A DNA stretch of 64,000 nucleotides from Abditibacterium sp. (GTDB lineage: Bacteria > Armatimonadota > Abditibacteriia > Abditibacteriales > Abditibacteriaceae): NCBI GenBank assembly GCA_965199495.1, contig CBDASK010000003.1, positions 2,912,001 to 2,976,000 of the forward strand, read 5' to 3'. This document shows, one piece after another, positions 28,317 to 38,284 of the stretch. The position numbers and the translations under genes are program-made. The notes under the pieces were generated by a model. It was not told the origin of the DNA. It made no database searches and worked only from the letters and a program-made list of their open reading frames with translations. Each line of letters begins with the position of its first letter. Position 1 is the stretch's first letter.

Positions 28317-29534
28317 ATGTTTTTTTTATCTCCGCGCGAGCAACGCCATTGGAGCGACCGGCGCATTCTGATTTTAGTCGCGTTTTCGGCGCTTATCGTC
28401 ACTGTGATCTGGCATCTGCCGCAGGAAGCCGAATTTCTGTCGCACCGCACCGGCGAACTGTTTCTGGCGCTCACGCTCGCGATGGCGACGGTTTATATTT
28501 TGCGGCCCGTCGTGCGTTTTTTCGAGCGCTATTTTGGCTCGACGCACAAGGGCAAAATGTGGGCGACTTTAGCGACATTTGCCCTCGTTTGTGTGGCGCT
28601 TTACCTGATGTTTCTGGTCGGATTCAAGCCGGTGCAACGCGATGTCAGCGAACTGGTGAATGGGTTCTGGCCCCATGACCCCGCCGCGCGCAAGGCTCTC
28701 ATTGAACAGTGGCAACGTTCGATTAATCTGGCGCTCGAACCCTACCGCAGCTATTTGCCCGCCGACATGAGCGCCGATCCAGCCTACATTCGAGAACAGC
28801 TCAAGCCCATCACCCAAGGTTTGAGTCATTGGCTGTCCGGGCAAAAAGCGCATCTGGGCTTTATCGTCGAATTATTATTGATCCCCGTGCTGGCGTTCTA
28901 TTTTCTGGCCGAGGGGCCAGAAATTCGCCGCGAAGCGCGTCTGTTTGTGCCCGCCAGTTGGCGCGCGCCGATTTCGCGTATGGCGCACCATTTCGATTTC
29001 GTGTTGGACGGCTACGTGCGCGGCCAATTGTGGATGTGCATCATCGCGTGGGTTTTGGTGACGATTACCCTACTCATTCTGGGCGTGCCGCACGCCGTCA
29101 CGCTGGGATTAATCGCCGGAATCACGCGCGCCGTCCCGGTTATCGGGCCGCTACTTGGCGCGATTCCGCTTTTAATCGTCTGTTTGTTCTATACCAAAAG
29201 CATGCAAACAACCGGCATTTTGCTGGGCGCTTTTATGCTGATGCACTTGCTGGAATCGAAGATTTTGCTGCCCAAAATCGTCGGACATCACGTCGATTTA
29301 CATCCGGTTTCGGTCATCATCGCGCTCTTAATCGGACTCGAATTTTTCGGTTTCATCGGCGTGTTTCTGGCCGTCCCGATTGCGGCGGTCATCAAAATTA
29401 TGCTGGTCGAATATCAAACGTCGCAAGCGCAGAAGTTGGCTTTGTCTGGCGCCGTGGCTGTTGATGGGGGCGCACCAGAAGTTATCGAAATCGAGAAAGT
29501 CGGGGCGGACGATGAAAGAAATTCCGAGATTTAA
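28317..29534 (+). CDS. AI-2E family transporter
   Basis: Multi-TM; YILRPVV, AFYFLAEG, GYVRGQ, VPVIGP, ESKILLPKIVG..VDLHP, LAVPIAA. Confidence 0.93.
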   Translation: MFFLSPREQRHWSDRRILILVAFSALIVTVIWHLPQEAEFLSHRTGELFLALTLAMATVYILRPVVRFFERYFGSTHKGKMWATLATFALVCVALYLMFLVGFKPVQRDVSELVNGFWPHDPAARKALIEQWQRSINLALEPYRSYLPADMSADPAYIREQLKPITQGLSHWLSGQKAHLGFIVELLLIPVLAFYFLAEGPEIRREARLFVPASWRAPISRMAHHFDFVLDGYVRGQLWMCIIAWVLVTITLLILGVPHAVTLGLIAGITRAVPVIGPLLGAIPLLIVCLFYTKSMQTTGILLGAFMLMHLLESKILLPKIVGHHVDLHPVSVIIALLIGLEFFGFIGVFLAVPIAAVIKIMLVEYQTSQAQKLALSGAVAVDGGAPEVIEIEKVGADDERNSEI

Positions 29535-29561
29535 AAGCTATAGTTCGTTAATACGTTACGA

Positions 29562-29639
29562 CAGCGGGGCTAACGCATCCTTCCAATCCATATAACCTCG
29601 AAGAACCCCGCCGATTGGAAGGGTGCGTCAGCCCCGCTG
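29562..29639. repeat. REPIN/MITE-like palindrome, family A
   Basis: CAGCGGGGCTAACGCATCCTTCCAATC ... GATTGGAAGGGTGCGTCAGCCCCGCTG. Confidence 0.9.
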
Positions 29640-29786
29640 CCTTGGCGCTGAAACATGAGATTTAGCTTAGAGTTTGCGCCCGATTCACGCCCATAGCGCG
29701 CAAACAATTGTAACCTCGTGTTGCCAGCGCGCTCCGTTGCGTCACACTGTTGGCTCGACTTTGCCTCGCTGTCTTTCATCGCATCC

Positions 29787-30737
29787 ATGAATTCCTCCGT
29801 TCTCTTGCGCGCCGCTCGCCGCTTGCTGCGTCCGCTCGCCCCGTTTTTTGCTTTTGTTGTCCCGCTCCTCACAGCAGCCACCGCCCACGCCCAGACCGCC
29901 GCACCTGCGGCGCCCGCCGTTCCACAACCGCATATCGAAGTCTGGCAATCCATCGTTTTGGGTTTGGTGCAGGGTTTGACCGAATTCATTCCGGTTTCGT
30001 CGTCGGCGCATCTCAACATTGCCCACAGGCTGATGGGGCAACCGCGCCAACTGACGCTCGATGTCTTTTTGAGCATCGGCACGACCGTGGCTTTGGTCTG
30101 GTATTTTCGCCACGATTGGAAGGAATTGCTGACGGTCAAAAAACTCGCCAAATTGCGCAATTTAGTGTTTATTTCGTGCGTTCCGGCGGCCATCGCGGGC
30201 GTTTTACTGCGCGGTCTGGAAGACAAATATCCGCTTTTTGCCGACATTCGTTTCAACGCGGCTATGCTCGCCATCGCGGGCGCGGTCTTGATGATTTCCG
30301 ATCAGGTCGGCACCAAAGAGCGTGGAATTGAAAAAATCACGCTGCAAGACGCGTTGATTATCGGCGCCTCGCAGGCGCTGGCGCTGATTCCGGGCGTTTC
30401 GCGTTCGGGTTCGACGCTGACGGCGGGCCTGTTTCTGGGCTTGCAGCGCGCCGATGCCGCGCGTTTTTCGTTCTTGATGTCGCTGCCGATTACCCTTGGC
30501 GCCATCGCGTTCGAGTTGCGCAAATTTATTAAAGATGGTAGTCCGATGGGCGATACGCCTTATTCCACGATTGCCATTGGCATTGTGGCGGCGGCGATTT
30601 CCGGGTTCTGGGCGATTGGCTTCTTGCTAAACTATCTCAAGACCAAAGATGTGACCCCGTTTTTCATCTGGCGTCTGGCGGTTGCCCTGCTGGTTTTCGG
30701 ATTGATTTTGAGCGGATTGGTGGACGCCACCGCTTGA
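29787..30737 (+). CDS. uppP: Undecaprenyl-diphosphate phosphatase with an N-terminal extension
   Basis: LGLVQGLTEFIPVSSSAH, ALIPGVSRSGST, AARFSFL. Start probably ATG 29787. Confidence 0.93.
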   Translation: MNSSVLLRAARRLLRPLAPFFAFVVPLLTAATAHAQTAAPAAPAVPQPHIEVWQSIVLGLVQGLTEFIPVSSSAHLNIAHRLMGQPRQLTLDVFLSIGTTVALVWYFRHDWKELLTVKKLAKLRNLVFISCVPAAIAGVLLRGLEDKYPLFADIRFNAAMLAIAGAVLMISDQVGTKERGIEKITLQDALIIGASQALALIPGVSRSGSTLTAGLFLGLQRADAARFSFLMSLPITLGAIAFELRKFIKDGSPMGDTPYSTIAIGIVAAAISGFWAIGFLLNYLKTKDVTPFFIWRLAVALLVFGLILSGLVDATA

Positions 30738-30928
30738 TCCTTCGTATCCAAAAACGCCGGTTTTGTCCCGAAGTATTTGAAGTTAAAACGCACCGATTTT
30801 TCATTGATGTGGGCGTAGGCAAGAACCGTTCATTTCCCGTTTAGCGACTGGCGTTTTGGCGTCCATAGCAATTCATTTATGCTTTTCATGCTTCTTTCCG
30901 GTGAAATTTTCGATACGCGAGGTGCCAT

Positions 30929-33412
30929 TTGGCGCGTGTAATCTGTGGCCGTTGCGGTCACTATACCGTTGACGGCTCGACCTATTGTGCCATTGATCAT
31001 TGGGTTTTGCTCGATGAACTGCCCAGCACGCAGGAATCCAACGCCAAGCGCGTTGATTTCGTTTTGCCCGAACAACACGCGGGCCTGTTCGCGCGTCGCA
31101 ATCAGGAAAAACAGCGCGACAATTTGGAGCGTTCCTACAAGCAGAACTTGGAATCGCGTCTGGAAAAGTGGGAAAAACAGCTCGAAGACGATCCCGACAA
31201 CGCCTCCATTACGCGCCGTATGGGATTGTTGGCCCTCCTCGAAGGCCAAGTCGAGCGCGCCGGAGCGTTATTCGAGCGCGCCCGCTCGCTGGAACCGGGC
31301 GATTTCGAATCAATGGTCAACCACGCAGTTACTCTGGCGCGGCGTGGCCGCTTGCAACCCGCCATTGATTTGCTGCTCAAAGCCCGCGAGCAACGAAACG
31401 ATTCGCCGCTCGTGCTGTTCAATCTGGCTCTCGTCGGCTTGCAAGCGCGGCGTCCCAAGCAGGTTTATGAGGCGATTGATGCGCTGGAAAAATTGTGGCA
31501 AAACAACGGTCTCATCGCCAGAGATTATCACGACGACGGCGTGACGTTGCGCGGTTTGGCTTTGCTACTGGAAGACAAACCGCAAGAGGCGTTGGTGCAA
31601 CTCGAATCCGCCGCGCGGCATCGCGTTGACTTGGGCGTGACCGAGGCCGAGATGAACAATCGTCGCCACGCCGAGCGGCGCCAGCGCGACCGGCGCCAAC
31701 GCGATGTGCCCGTCGAAAACGACCGCCGCCAAGGGCCACGCCGCAAAGGAGACCGGCGCCAAGAAGTCGAACTCATCGAATTTCTGGAAAACGGCGGCTT
31801 CAACGAAGCCGGGCAAAGTCTGGGCGCGGCGCAGGTGGGCGGCGCGGGGGCCAACGCCGAAATGATGCTGCCGGGACAGAGCGCCGAGGCCGATTCGCTC
31901 AACAATTTGGCGCTGGCCGAAGCTGCGCTGGGCCAGACCGACCGCGCCGTGGCTCGTCTGCGCGCCGCGCTGCGATTGGAGCCGGGACATTTGCAAGCGC
32001 TCAATAATCTGGGCGTGCTGGCGTTGCGTCAGGGCGATGCCGCAGTCGCGTGGCGCTATCTGGATGCGTTGCGTCAGGTCGAAGAATCCACCGGTTCGAT
32101 TGACGCCGTGACGTGGAATCATCTGGGCGCGGCGGCTTCGGCGCAGGGCGATGTCGAGAAATCGCTGGAATATTATCAGCGCGCGGGCGGCACGGAACAC
32201 GGCGAGTTCGAGGTTTATTACAATTTGGGTCGCTCGTGGATCGAACACGGCAAATCCGACATCGGCGTGCCCTATTTGCGTCAGGCGTTTGCCATCGAGC
32301 CGAACAACGCCGACGTTCACACGGTTTTGGCTGCGGCCTACCTGTTCGTCGGACGCGCTGATCTCTATGCCGAAGCGCTCAAACACCTCAAGCGCGCTCT
32401 GCAACTCGATACGCATCATCGCACGGCGGCGATTGATTTGATTCTGGCGTTGGGCGAAATCCATAATAACGAGATGGCCGGGCAAATGATCGCGCAGGCG
32501 TTCAAGTTGTATCCCAAAACGGCGGAGCCAAACTTTTTGGCGGCGCTAATGATGCTGGAAAACGCGCCCGATGCCTTGGAACACGAAGACCGTTGGGCGG
32601 CGGCGGCGCAGCGTTTCGAGGTCGCGCTCGCCGCGCGGCCCAACTTGGTTTCGGCGCTTTATAATTCGGCGCTGTGCCAGTTCATGATCGGTTTTCGCGA
32701 TACCAGCGCCAAATTATTGGAAGCCGTCGTCGCGCGCGATCCTTCGATGGGGCCAGCCTATTACCTCATCGGATACGGCCACGCCGTCGCCAAACGCGAC
32801 GACGCCGCGATTAAATCGTGGCAAATCGCGGTCAAATACGAGCCGAATAATCCCGATTTGCACGCCAATCTGGGCGCGTTGCTTTATCGGAAAAAAGATT
32901 TCAAAGGTTCGATTCGCGCTTACGCGCAGGCGCACCGTCTGTTGCCCGACGACGCACAAATTTTGGCCGCGCTGGGCGTGGCTTTCGCGCAGGCCAAGAT
33001 GTATGAACAGGCGATTTTGACGATCAAACAATCCATATATATTGACCCGCGCTCGCCTATCGCTTACTCAAATCTGGGGTTGGCGCACTATCTGTTCAAG
33101 CAAATCGAGGACGCCGTGTTGTGTTGGCGCGTGGTCGTGCAACTCGACTCGGCCTATGCCGAGCGGCGCGAGGGCATCCAGGAAAAATCGTTCGACGAAA
33201 CGATTATCCAATTGCGCCCGATTAATTGGCGCAACCGCATCGTCAAGCTGGCGCCCGTCTTGCCGCGCGCCCAGACGCGACTGTTGCCGGGCACCAACGC
33301 GCGCGAGTATCGTCTGGTTGTCACCGATCCCGAACTGCAACCTTTGGTTGCCGACAAACGCAACATGGATCGCACCAGTCGTCAACTGGCTTCGATGAAC
33401 CTGAAAAGATAA
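30929..33412 (+). CDS. TPR-repeat protein with an N-terminal zinc ribbon and a DRR/ERR repeat insert
   Basis: CGRC-x9-CAIDH, many TPRs, insert RRHAERRQRDRRQ...NDRRQGPRRKGDRRQ. TTG start preceded by GAGGTG. Confidence 0.85.
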   Translation: MARVICGRCGHYTVDGSTYCAIDHWVLLDELPSTQESNAKRVDFVLPEQHAGLFARRNQEKQRDNLERSYKQNLESRLEKWEKQLEDDPDNASITRRMGLLALLEGQVERAGALFERARSLEPGDFESMVNHAVTLARRGRLQPAIDLLLKAREQRNDSPLVLFNLALVGLQARRPKQVYEAIDALEKLWQNNGLIARDYHDDGVTLRGLALLLEDKPQEALVQLESAARHRVDLGVTEAEMNNRRHAERRQRDRRQRDVPVENDRRQGPRRKGDRRQEVELIEFLENGGFNEAGQSLGAAQVGGAGANAEMMLPGQSAEADSLNNLALAEAALGQTDRAVARLRAALRLEPGHLQALNNLGVLALRQGDAAVAWRYLDALRQVEESTGSIDAVTWNHLGAAASAQGDVEKSLEYYQRAGGTEHGEFEVYYNLGRSWIEHGKSDIGVPYLRQAFAIEPNNADVHTVLAAAYLFVGRADLYAEALKHLKRALQLDTHHRTAAIDLILALGEIHNNEMAGQMIAQAFKLYPKTAEPNFLAALMMLENAPDALEHEDRWAAAAQRFEVALAARPNLVSALYNSALCQFMIGFRDTSAKLLEAVVARDPSMGPAYYLIGYGHAVAKRDDAAIKSWQIAVKYEPNNPDLHANLGALLYRKKDFKGSIRAYAQAHRLLPDDAQILAALGVAFAQAKMYEQAILTIKQSIYIDPRSPIAYSNLGLAHYLFKQIEDAVLCWRVVVQLDSAYAERREGIQEKSFDETIIQLRPINWRNRIVKLAPVLPRAQTRLLPGTNAREYRLVVTDPELQPLVADKRNMDRTSRQLASMNLKR

Positions 33413-33487
33413 TTTCTCGGCAGTTTGTCAATTTGTAACGGGCATTCGGGCACACGAAGACCGGTTTCGTTTAACTTTAGCTTTATC

Positions 33488-34288
33488 ATGGAAAAATGGA
33501 AATTAGGCGTCATCGGCCTGCTGCTGCTGGGGTTAATCGGCTATGGCGTAACACAACAAAAATCCGAGGCCACCGTGAATTCGCCCCTCCCCGGCGCAAA
33601 CAGCGCTTCGGCCAGCAATGCGGGCGATGGAAGTGCCAAAACCGAAAACAAAGCGGCCAAATTCATCGGACAAACTTTGGGAAGCGACCAGTTTTCCGAA
33701 TGGTCGGAGCTTGGCCCGTGGCAAAACAGTTCGCAGGCCGTGACCCTGAATTCGCTCAAGGGCCAACCCGCTTTGATCGAATTTTTTCGCATCGGTTGCT
33801 CGCACTGTCAGGAGGCCGCGCCCTTCATGGAAGCGCTTTACCAGCGTTATCAGCCGCGCGGTTTGAAGATGGTCGCCGTGCAATCGCCGGGCGATTACAA
33901 AGACCCGACCAACGACGAGACGCAGTGGCCCAAAGTCCAAGCCTGGATTACAGCCGCGGGCCTGACTTATCCCATCGCGATGGACAAAGATAGCGCCTAT
34001 TTTCAGGGCACGCTCAAGGGCACCTATTACCCAACGATTCTGGTTTCCGATGCGTCGGGCAAAATCGTTCATGGGCAGACCGGGCATGACGCCGAAAAAA
34101 CGATGAAGTTGGCCGTCGAGTTAGAAAAATTGTATCCCGGCCCCGGCGCGCCCAAAGCGCGCGCCCAGAGCTTAATGAAGTTTTTGTTGCCTTTTTTGTA
34201 TAACAATACGACTTCCGATCCCGCGATGGAAAAAGCCCTCGCCGACGATTTGGAACAGCGCTTGACAGGCAAAGTCAAGGATGCTTGA
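33488..34288 (+). CDS. Membrane-anchored TlpA-like redoxin
   Basis: N-terminal TM; LIEFFRIGCSHC; YYPT. Start moved to ATG 33488. Confidence 0.85.
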   Translation: MEKWKLGVIGLLLLGLIGYGVTQQKSEATVNSPLPGANSASASNAGDGSAKTENKAAKFIGQTLGSDQFSEWSELGPWQNSSQAVTLNSLKGQPALIEFFRIGCSHCQEAAPFMEALYQRYQPRGLKMVAVQSPGDYKDPTNDETQWPKVQAWITAAGLTYPIAMDKDSAYFQGTLKGTYYPTILVSDASGKIVHGQTGHDAEKTMKLAVELEKLYPGPGAPKARAQSLMKFLLPFLYNNTTSDPAMEKALADDLEQRLTGKVKDA

Positions 34289-34291
34289 AAT

Positions 34292-36262
34292 TCAACTGTC
34301 GCTTTCCAGCCACAAATTCTCCCAACTATCCACGCGCGCCGACCACTGCGGCGGCACCACAATCGTCGTATCGAACTGAAATACCAGACCCGGCCCGCGA
34401 AATTGCGCGCCGGGTCGTAGTTTTTCGCGCTCGAACAGCGCGGTTTGCAGCGCGCCCGCTTCAAAACACACCCTTTTGGAACCCACAGCCACGGCGGCGT
34501 GGCTGCTATCGGGCGCCGCGCTTTCGGTGGGCACATTCGCCGCGCGCCGCACGCGCAAACGTAACGTGACGGCTTCGACTTCGCGCGCTAAATCTGATAA
34601 TCCGTAACGCGCCTGATGCAAATCGTGAAACGCAGATTTCGCGACGGCCAAACTTGCGCTCGAAACCGGCAACGCGAGCGGCACGGCCAATTCGTAACTT
34701 TGCCCACGATAACGCGCTTCGATCTGCGCTTCGAGCGCGCCGTCCAAGGCGAAACTCGCGTTCATTTCCCGAATCAAATCGCCGATTTGCGGCGCCGTTA
34801 ATTCGTCAAAATCGCACAAAAGCGCGCGCGAGGCGTCGCGTGTTTCGTCGGCGACGATCATGCCCAGCGCCGACAAAACGCCGGGAAAACGCGGAATCAA
34901 AACGCGTTGTATGCCCATCAACTGCGCGAGTTCCGCCGCGTGCAACGGCCCGGCGCCGCCAAACGGCAGCAAAACAAACGGGCGCGGATCAACGCCGCGC
35001 GCGGTCGAAACGCGCCGCAACGCGCGCTCCATGTGCGCGTTGGCCACGCGAACGATGCCCAGCGCGGCGGCTTCGAGCGTTAAATTCAAAGCGCGCGCGA
35101 TGGGTTCGAGCGCAGTGCGGGCGGCGGCTTCGTCCAACGTCTTTTCGCCGCCCAGAAATCGCGGCGCGTCCAAACGGCCCAGAACCAAATTGGCGTCGGA
35201 GACCGTAGGCAAAACTCCGCCCAAACCGTAACAGGCCGGGCCGGGCGCAGAACCCGCCGACTGCGGCCCGACGCGCAGGGCGCTGCCTTCGTCCACGCGC
35301 GCCAAGCTGCCGCCGCCCGCGCCGACGGTGTGAATATCGAGCGAAGGCAAACGCAACGGCAAACCGCCGATTTCGCCTTCCGAACTGCGCGGCAAGTCGC
35401 CGTCGAGCAGAGCCACGTCGGTCGAAGTGCCGCCCATATCGAAAGTCAAAACTTGCTCGGCGCCCGCGCGCGCGGCCACAAAGCGCGCACCGACAACGCC
35501 GCCCGCCGGGCCGGACAAAACCAAACGCGCCGCCTGAGCCGACGCGGTCGCGATGTCGAGCGCGCCGCCACTCGACGCCAACACGCGCACGCGCGCATCG
35601 GGCAAACGCGCGGCTAAATTGCCCAGATATTTGGCGACGGGCGGCGCCAGATAGGCGTTGATGGCGCAAGTCGAAGTGCGTTCGTATTCGCGCGCTTCGG
35701 GCAAAAGTTCGTTGCCCAGAGTCAGCAAAACATCGGGCAGTTCGGCGCGCAAAATCTGCGCGGCGCGCCGTTCGTGGTCGGAATTGAGAAACGCCCACAA
35801 AAACACAATCGCCACGCTTTCCACGTTCAATTTACGCAATTGCGCCGCCACCGCACGCACGCCGTCTTCGTCGAGGGGCGTCACTATTTGACCGTACGCA
35901 TCTAATCGCTCGGCGACTTCAAAACGCAGTTCGCGACCGATAAGCGGCTCGATTTTGCGCGGCGACAAATCATACAAAACGGGCCGATTCTGGCGCGCGA
36001 TTTCCAAAACGTCGGCGAAACCCGCCGACGTCAGCAGCGCGGCGCGCGCGCCGTTGCGTTCCAATAACGCGTTGGTCGCCACGGTCGAACCATGAGCCAC
36101 GTCGCCGCGATAGTTCATCGCGTCAAGGCCGTCAGCGATGGCACGCGATTGGTCATCTGGCGTGGAAAGCCGCTTGCCGATGCGCCATTTTCCGTTCTCG
36201 AAAATCACGAAATCGGTGAAAGTGCCGCCGACATCGACGCCAGCCAGCGTGGGAGAATTCAT
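34292..36262 (-). CDS. Hydantoinase/oxoprolinase subunit A family protein
   Basis: GVDVGGTFTD, HGSTVATNALLE, EYERTST, SGPAGG, DMGGTSTD, GAGGGS. Start probably ATG 36262. Confidence 0.93.
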   Translation of the reverse strand: MNSPTLAGVDVGGTFTDFVIFENGKWRIGKRLSTPDDQSRAIADGLDAMNYRGDVAHGSTVATNALLERNGARAALLTSAGFADVLEIARQNRPVLYDLSPRKIEPLIGRELRFEVAERLDAYGQIVTPLDEDGVRAVAAQLRKLNVESVAIVFLWAFLNSDHERRAAQILRAELPDVLLTLGNELLPEAREYERTSTCAINAYLAPPVAKYLGNLAARLPDARVRVLASSGGALDIATASAQAARLVLSGPAGGVVGARFVAARAGAEQVLTFDMGGTSTDVALLDGDLPRSSEGEIGGLPLRLPSLDIHTVGAGGGSLARVDEGSALRVGPQSAGSAPGPACYGLGGVLPTVSDANLVLGRLDAPRFLGGEKTLDEAAARTALEPIARALNLTLEAAALGIVRVANAHMERALRRVSTARGVDPRPFVLLPFGGAGPLHAAELAQLMGIQRVLIPRFPGVLSALGMIVADETRDASRALLCDFDELTAPQIGDLIREMNASFALDGALEAQIEARYRGQSYELAVPLALPVSSASLAVAKSAFHDLHQARYGLSDLAREVEAVTLRLRVRRAANVPTESAAPDSSHAAVAVGSKRVCFEAGALQTALFEREKLRPGAQFRGPGLVFQFDTTIVVPPQWSARVDSWENLWLESDS

Positions 36263-36306
36263 CGGCGTATAGTTTAGAACCACCGCGCGCGCGTTACATT
36301 TTGATA

Positions 36307-36380
36307 GCGGGGCTGACGCACCCTTCCAATCAGCGGAGTTCCTCGAAAGAATACGGATTGGAAGGGTGCGTCAGCCCCGC
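36307..36380. repeat. REPIN/MITE-like palindrome, family A
   Basis: Perfect 25-bp arms GCGGGGCTGACGCACCCTTCCAATC / GATTGGAAGGGTGCGTCAGCCCCGC. Confidence 0.92.
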
Positions 36381-36430
36381 CGCCAAAAAGGAAGGCGCGA
36401 TTTAGTGCGATAAAGAAACTGCCATGTTTT

Positions 36431-36501
36431 GCAGGGCTGATGTCCTCTTCCAATCTTGGTGCGAAGGCGAATTCCCGATTGAAAGGGTGCGCAAGCCCCG
36501 C
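36431..36501. repeat. REPIN/MITE-like palindrome, family A (degenerate)
   Basis: GCAGGGCTGATGTCCTCTTCCAATC ... GATTGAAAGGGTGCGCAAGCCCCGC. Confidence 0.75.
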
Positions 36502-36528
36502 TCTCAAAAGGCGAAACTTACCTCAATC

Positions 36529-36981
36529 ATGCCATTTATCACGCTTGCCACGCTCATCAACGCTCCGCCCGCCGTCTGCTTCGACGCGGCGCGCGACGCG
36601 CAATTGCATTTGGAAAGCGCGCGTGAAACTGGCGAGTGCATCGTCGCCGGACGCGATGTAGGCCTGTGGGAGTTGGGCGATGAAATTATCTTTGAAGGCA
36701 AGCATTTGGGCGTGCGCCAACGTTTTTCGGCGCGCGTTGTCGCGTTCGAGCGCCCGCATTATTTTCGCGACGAAATGACACGCGGCGCCTTCGCCAGCCT
36801 GAGCCACACGCATATTTTCGAGCCGTTGCCAAATGACAAAACGCGTATGGTTGATGTCGTCGAATGGCGCGCGCCGTTGGGGAAATTGGGCGCGATTTTT
36901 AGCGATAAAATCGTTGAAATGCACTTGCGGCGATTTCTGCGAGAGCGCGCGTGGCACTTAAAACGGCATTGCGAAAATTAA
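36529..36981 (+). CDS. SRPBCC family protein
   Basis: ITLATLINAP..VCFDAARD..LH, FERPHYFRDEM.RGAF....HTH.F. Start moved to ATG 36529. Confidence 0.88.
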   Translation: MPFITLATLINAPPAVCFDAARDAQLHLESARETGECIVAGRDVGLWELGDEIIFEGKHLGVRQRFSARVVAFERPHYFRDEMTRGAFASLSHTHIFEPLPNDKTRMVDVVEWRAPLGKLGAIFSDKIVEMHLRRFLRERAWHLKRHCEN

Positions 36982-37142
36982 GTAAGCGAATAAATTCGCA
37001 GCCATCCGCCCAAGGGGCACCCGAAGTGTCGGCCTGCGCCGACACGAAGAGGTTACTACAAAGAACTCTGCTTCACTCTTAAAATTTCCTCGTGTCGGCG
37101 CAGGCCGACACTTAACTGTGGCTGCGAATTTATTCGCTTACT
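36981..37142. repeat. Nested palindromic element (family E-like), two inverted-repeat pairs
   Basis: Outer 24-bp IR at 36981-37004/37119-37142 contains the hairpin GCGAAT-AA-ATTCGC. Inner 24-bp IR at 37024-37047/37090-37113 contains the hairpin GTGTCGGC-CTGC-GCCGACAC. Confidence 0.9.
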
Positions 37143-38034
37143 CAATTCGACTACTTGAACTGAAAGCAGAAACCTGCGGCTTTTTAAAACCGGTATAAAT
37201 CACGCCCGCCAAGGTGATCGCGCCGCCGAATAATGCCACGCCCGACGGCAATTCGTGTAGAAACAGCCAGCCCATCAAAACCGAAAGCGGTGCGACCAAA
37301 TAAAGGTAGTTCATCAGACGCGCGACCGGCATTTGCGACAGGCACCACATCCACAAAACGTAGCCCAGTGCACCGGGAAACGCGCCCAGCAACAGCAAAT
37401 TGAGCGTCGGCACAAGCGGTGCCGTTTTAACGGCCTGAACTAAGCCGCCGCCGAGGGGAATCAGCAAAAGTGTGCCGCAGAAGATCGCCGTGGCTGTGAC
37501 ATCGAGCGCGGCGTATTTCTGGAGTAGCGGTTTTTGCAGCGTGTTATAAATCGCCGCGCATAGCGCCGCGCCCATCACCAAAAAGGCGCCCGCGCTGAAA
37601 CCGATGCCGCTTTCGGCGCCCCACGCGATGAGAGCCACGCCGACCAGAGCGATGGCGCTGCCGCCCCAAACGCGCCCATTGACGCGCTCGCCCAGAAAAA
37701 TACGCGCGCTTAATGTGCTGAGAACCGGAATCGTCGAACCAATGAGCGCCGACGCGCCCGCCGTCACGGTTTGCTCGCCCGCGTTGAGGCACAAATTATA
37801 AAGCGTGAACCCGAACAATCCCGCGCCCAAAATGCGCGCCCAATCGGCGCGCTCGAAGCGCGGGCGCCGCGCCAAAATCAGCGGCAGCAAAATCGCCGAC
37901 GCCACGAGATAGCGCCCCAAAGCCAACTGCGCCGGGGAATAGGCTTCGACCGCCACGCGAATCGAAACCCACGCCGTCGCCCACGCCACAACCGAAACCG
38001 CGACGGCGAGCGGCAATTTGAATCGTGAATTCAC
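37138..38034 (-). CDS. DMT/EamA family transporter
   Basis: Ten TM helices in two EamA repeats. Confidence 0.93.
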   Translation of the reverse strand: MNSRFKLPLAVAVSVVAWATAWVSIRVAVEAYSPAQLALGRYLVASAILLPLILARRPRFERADWARILGAGLFGFTLYNLCLNAGEQTVTAGASALIGSTIPVLSTLSARIFLGERVNGRVWGGSAIALVGVALIAWGAESGIGFSAGAFLVMGAALCAAIYNTLQKPLLQKYAALDVTATAIFCGTLLLIPLGGGLVQAVKTAPLVPTLNLLLLGAFPGALGYVLWMWCLSQMPVARLMNYLYLVAPLSVLMGWLFLHELPSGVALFGGAITLAGVIYTGFKKPQVSAFSSSSRIE

Positions 38035-38096
38035 TGAATTAAGGATAAACCTTTAATGCGCCCACGATACCGTGAGTTCGCGCAATGCTGAGACTT

Positions 38097-38264
38097 CGCG
38101 TAAGTTTTTTATTTGCCACAAAAACACAGAATTCACAAAAGGCACAAAAAATTCAAAACAGCTTGTCGAACTTTCTTCTTTGAAAAATTGTTCTTCCAAA
38201 CCTTTTGAATTTTTTGTGCCTTTTGTGAATTCTGTGTTTTGTGACAAATAAAAAAACTTGCGCG
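38097..38264. repeat. Nonamer-type palindrome, family C (AT-rich variant)
   Basis: About 62-bp near-perfect arms with CACA(A/G)AA units. Confidence 0.85.
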
Positions 38265-38284
38265 AGTTTCCTCTCACTTTAGCT

